Positions 61,045 through 64,000 of a stretch of DNA of 64,000 bases are shown piece after piece. A program made the position numbers and the translations under genes. The DNA is from Paragordius varius (Eukaryota > Animalia > Nematomorpha). The notes beneath the pieces are model-generated. The model had not been told where the DNA came from and ran no database searches. It saw nothing but the letters and a program-made list of their open reading frames with translations. Positions within the stretch are counted from its first letter, which is position 1. The number at the start of each line of letters is the position of its first letter. The DNA is taken from assembly GCA_964247055.1 (NCBI GenBank), contig OZ176056.1, forward strand, positions 2,418,001 to 2,482,000. Direction: 5' to 3'.

Positions 61045-63051
61045 ATATACTTAAACGATTATATAAATCTTATGGATTGCAATTTTTAATTTAGATTCAT
61101 TTTTAATTAATGGTATTGGTAGATTTAGGTTAGATTAAGTGGAAATTTTTTATTGATTGGAAATAAATTATTAAATTATATATATATAGATATTAAGATA
61201 AAATATACATTTTGTTGAAGAGAGAGAATGGAATGGTATTGACAGATATTATTATCATCTCGTATTTAATTAATAATTATTTCATATTAATAATTTTATT
61301 GCATTTTCCCTCGAGATATTACGACACATATATTCATTAATTAAAGCTTTCAAAAGCGACTTTCAAAATATAAACCCCAAATAATTAATCGCATTATAAA
61401 GCTAAAAAATCAATTTAACATATAAGAATAATAATAATTATATTAAAATTAATCTTTCAGCATTATTTTTAAATAAAAATAAATGCAAAAAAAGGAATAA
61501 AATAAATTATATGACTACATATTTTATACAAAACAAAGTAAGTACTACCAGAGACCCCTACCCTCAAAAATCAATATTTTTGATGACGATAGGCAAAATA
61601 TATATTAAGGGAGAAGTAAAGAGTAAAATAGTTGCTTAAAAACGATATTTTATTTGTAAAAAGTAAGCGCTTTTCCTTTTATTTTAGTTTATGGAATAAT
61701 TTATAGACTCTAATTACCAATATTTTGGCCATTTTACTATAGGTATAAAATAATAAAATGTTTATTGGGTAGCAAATTAAACAATAAAACAACACTAGTG
61801 ACTAATTTCGAATTCTCAAAAATGAATTTATTATTGAACTGATAATCTGAGTAAGCAGAATCTTTGGATTTTGATCATGAGATTGATTAAACAATTTAAC
61901 TTGTATTGATATTAGTAATTAAAAAGATCAAAAGGAATAGGAAGGCTTAGAGCTTTTGGGCTATGGATATATCCTAAATCCATTGTGGAAAATTTTATTA
62001 ATAAATGGCCCTATTATATTTTAACTATTATAATTAAATTTGTATCTTAGCAAATCAGTGTAAGCTCTGTTATGTAATAATAATTTTTAACAATATTTTA
62101 AATATTATAGTATGTTTATCAGATTAATTGTATACACTCATATTATCAGTGCGAAACACTAGACAATAAATTTTGACTTAAGTCCGATTTGCCGGGTGCC
62201 AAGCGCCTATTTATCTTTATATAAATTTTTTTATTTTTAGGCAATTTATGGAATAATCCGTAAAATATATAAAATATTTAAATGAGATCAAGATCAAACA
62301 TTGTGTAAAAAACAACTTTTATGTAGGTTTTCCCTTCAAAAACATATGCATTATTTTTTTGCTTAACATTTTATTACCTTTTCACTTTTTTGTCCTAATT
62401 TATCTTTTGGAGCTTGTCAGATTTTTAGGGTCAAAAAAAGATGCCTTGAAATTTCTAGCTTAACTAAGTAATAACACTTGTCCCTATTTAAAAATAATAT
62501 TTATAACATACGGATTTCTAACCGGTTAGAGTGTAACCGGGGGTGGTTCCTAGAACACTAAAACCACAACCAGCCTGGTTTCTAATTCAAAAATAAACGG
62601 GGTGGCTTCTAAAACTTTGGAATCGGAAGGGCTTGGTTTCTCAAAAATTAACGGTTCTGAAACCGGTTCCGTATATATAGAACAAAGTGGTTCCTTATTT
62701 TTATTAATAATTTTTATACAACATTTATTATAAAAATATAAGTATTTATCCTGCTTTTCACATGACTAAGTTGCTTTTATCATCATTATGATAATAAAAA
62801 ATTTTTCAGGCTTTACCTATCCTCTGAATATCAATCATATACCCTTTTTTGATGCCATTTCCTTGATCCTTTACAAATTACTTACATTTTAGTTCTAACA
62901 CCCTTGCTCAGAGTTTATTATCTGACTTAAGGTCGTCACTTGTATGCATTATTACACATAATTTTTTGGAGCTCCTCTGTGTTAAAAGTTCAGAGAGTTT
63001 CGTAACTAATGTAATACCAAGCGCTTAGATTTAGGTTTAAAGATCATTTAA

Positions 63052-63092
<41 letters not shown>

Positions 63093-64000
63093 CAGTGGTA
63101 CTCACCAAAAAATTCGCCGCCTCTATAAAATATTTTAAGTCAAGCCAAAAGCTATATTAATACCGATTTGGTGTTGAACATAAAATCTGTTAATTTTAAT
63201 ATCCCATTTTATAAAATGTAAATATCCTAATTTTTACATTCATAATGACAGTAAATTCATGCATAATATTGTGTTGTAAGTCGCAATATGTACGGTGAAT
63301 GTAACCCTAGATAAAATGTAAATTTTTTGTCATATCTGTTGCCGAAAATTACTTTGAAAGTCTCATGAGGCCCCTGTGCTTCGGTTTGAGACCTGTGGTT
63401 CCTTTTTTTTCATTGTGGGTAATTAATTTGGATGGTATAGTTTATGATTTCGTTGATTTAGGGATTGTAAAATAATATAAAGTAGATTCAATAATTAAAA
63501 GTAAAACATATAAAAGGTTAACCTGGATAAGGTATTTTCCTTTTTAAATTATGACTCTTGTCTTAAGTTTTAATAGTAAATGTCAGAATAAAATTGTCAA
63601 CAAGAATTTATTTCAATCAGATACGAGGAAAAAAATGTTATTAAAATATTTAATTAACAGAATTATGATAGGGACTTTTGGAAAACCCAAAAAATATTAT
63701 TATAGAATTAAATTTAAAATTTAAACAATAAGTATTTTTAAAATAAATATTCATATGAAAACCGGTTTTTTAGGTCTGAAATCTAATTGGTTCCTAGACA
63801 TAGTTAAAAACGGCGGACTGGTTCCTAAGAATCTGAAAATGGAAACAGTAGTACTTAAATTTTAGAACTGAATTCAAGCAAGTAAAGCTAGAAACGGGTA
63901 GGTTTCTATCTAAAGATGTCGGTTTCTGCTAAAATCTCTGGAATCGGGTTTCAATTTCATGTGTCCAGGTGTCGAATTGATAGATATTATAATTGATATT

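Noticed and set aside
62140-62185. U7-like Sm site (…TTGTCTAG) on the minus strand
   Set aside because: Imperfect match to AAUUUGUCUAG, only a 4-bp hairpin, and no recognisable snRNA context.
61840-63430. Scattered coding-like patches with GT/AG pairs 17-19 nt apart on the minus strand
   Set aside because: Could not be assembled into a stop-free frame or a recognisable protein; may be UTR exons or TE debris.

Overview
Very AT-rich animal (invertebrate-like) nuclear DNA in the standard genetic code. Manual splicing gives eight protein genes. On the + strand: the last exon of a GRXCR-like glutaredoxin/Cys-rich gene, ornithine aminotransferase (OAT, 8 exons), a Dok-type PH+IRS-PTB adaptor (11 exons) and TMEM39. 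On the - strand: a giant Asn-rich protein ending in an insertion-riddled carbonyl-reductase (SDR) domain with a 4.37-kb exon, MRPS35, RPL36A/eL42 and a GPI-type riboflavin-binding/folate-receptor family gene. Introns and intergenic DNA hold three decayed RTE-type LINEs, a decayed mariner and several MITE families. Main points of interest: (1) ten predicted spliceosomal introns of only 21-31 nt alongside 0.2-4 kb TE-filled introns, with none between 32 and 75 nt. (2) A 644-bp fold-back insert with a 13-bp target-site duplication carrying two outward-facing type I hammerhead ribozymes (Penelope-like), nested in a LINE inside an OAT intron. (3) Repeated large in-domain insertions in CBR, MRPS35 and the RfBP-like protein. 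(4) A 62-nt exon that starts with a perfect GTAAGT (candidate recursive splice site). (5) Head-to-head start codons only 36-69 nt apart. Exon structures are hand predictions from GT-AG, frame continuity and remembered homolog sequences. No database search was run, and repeat boundaries are approximate.
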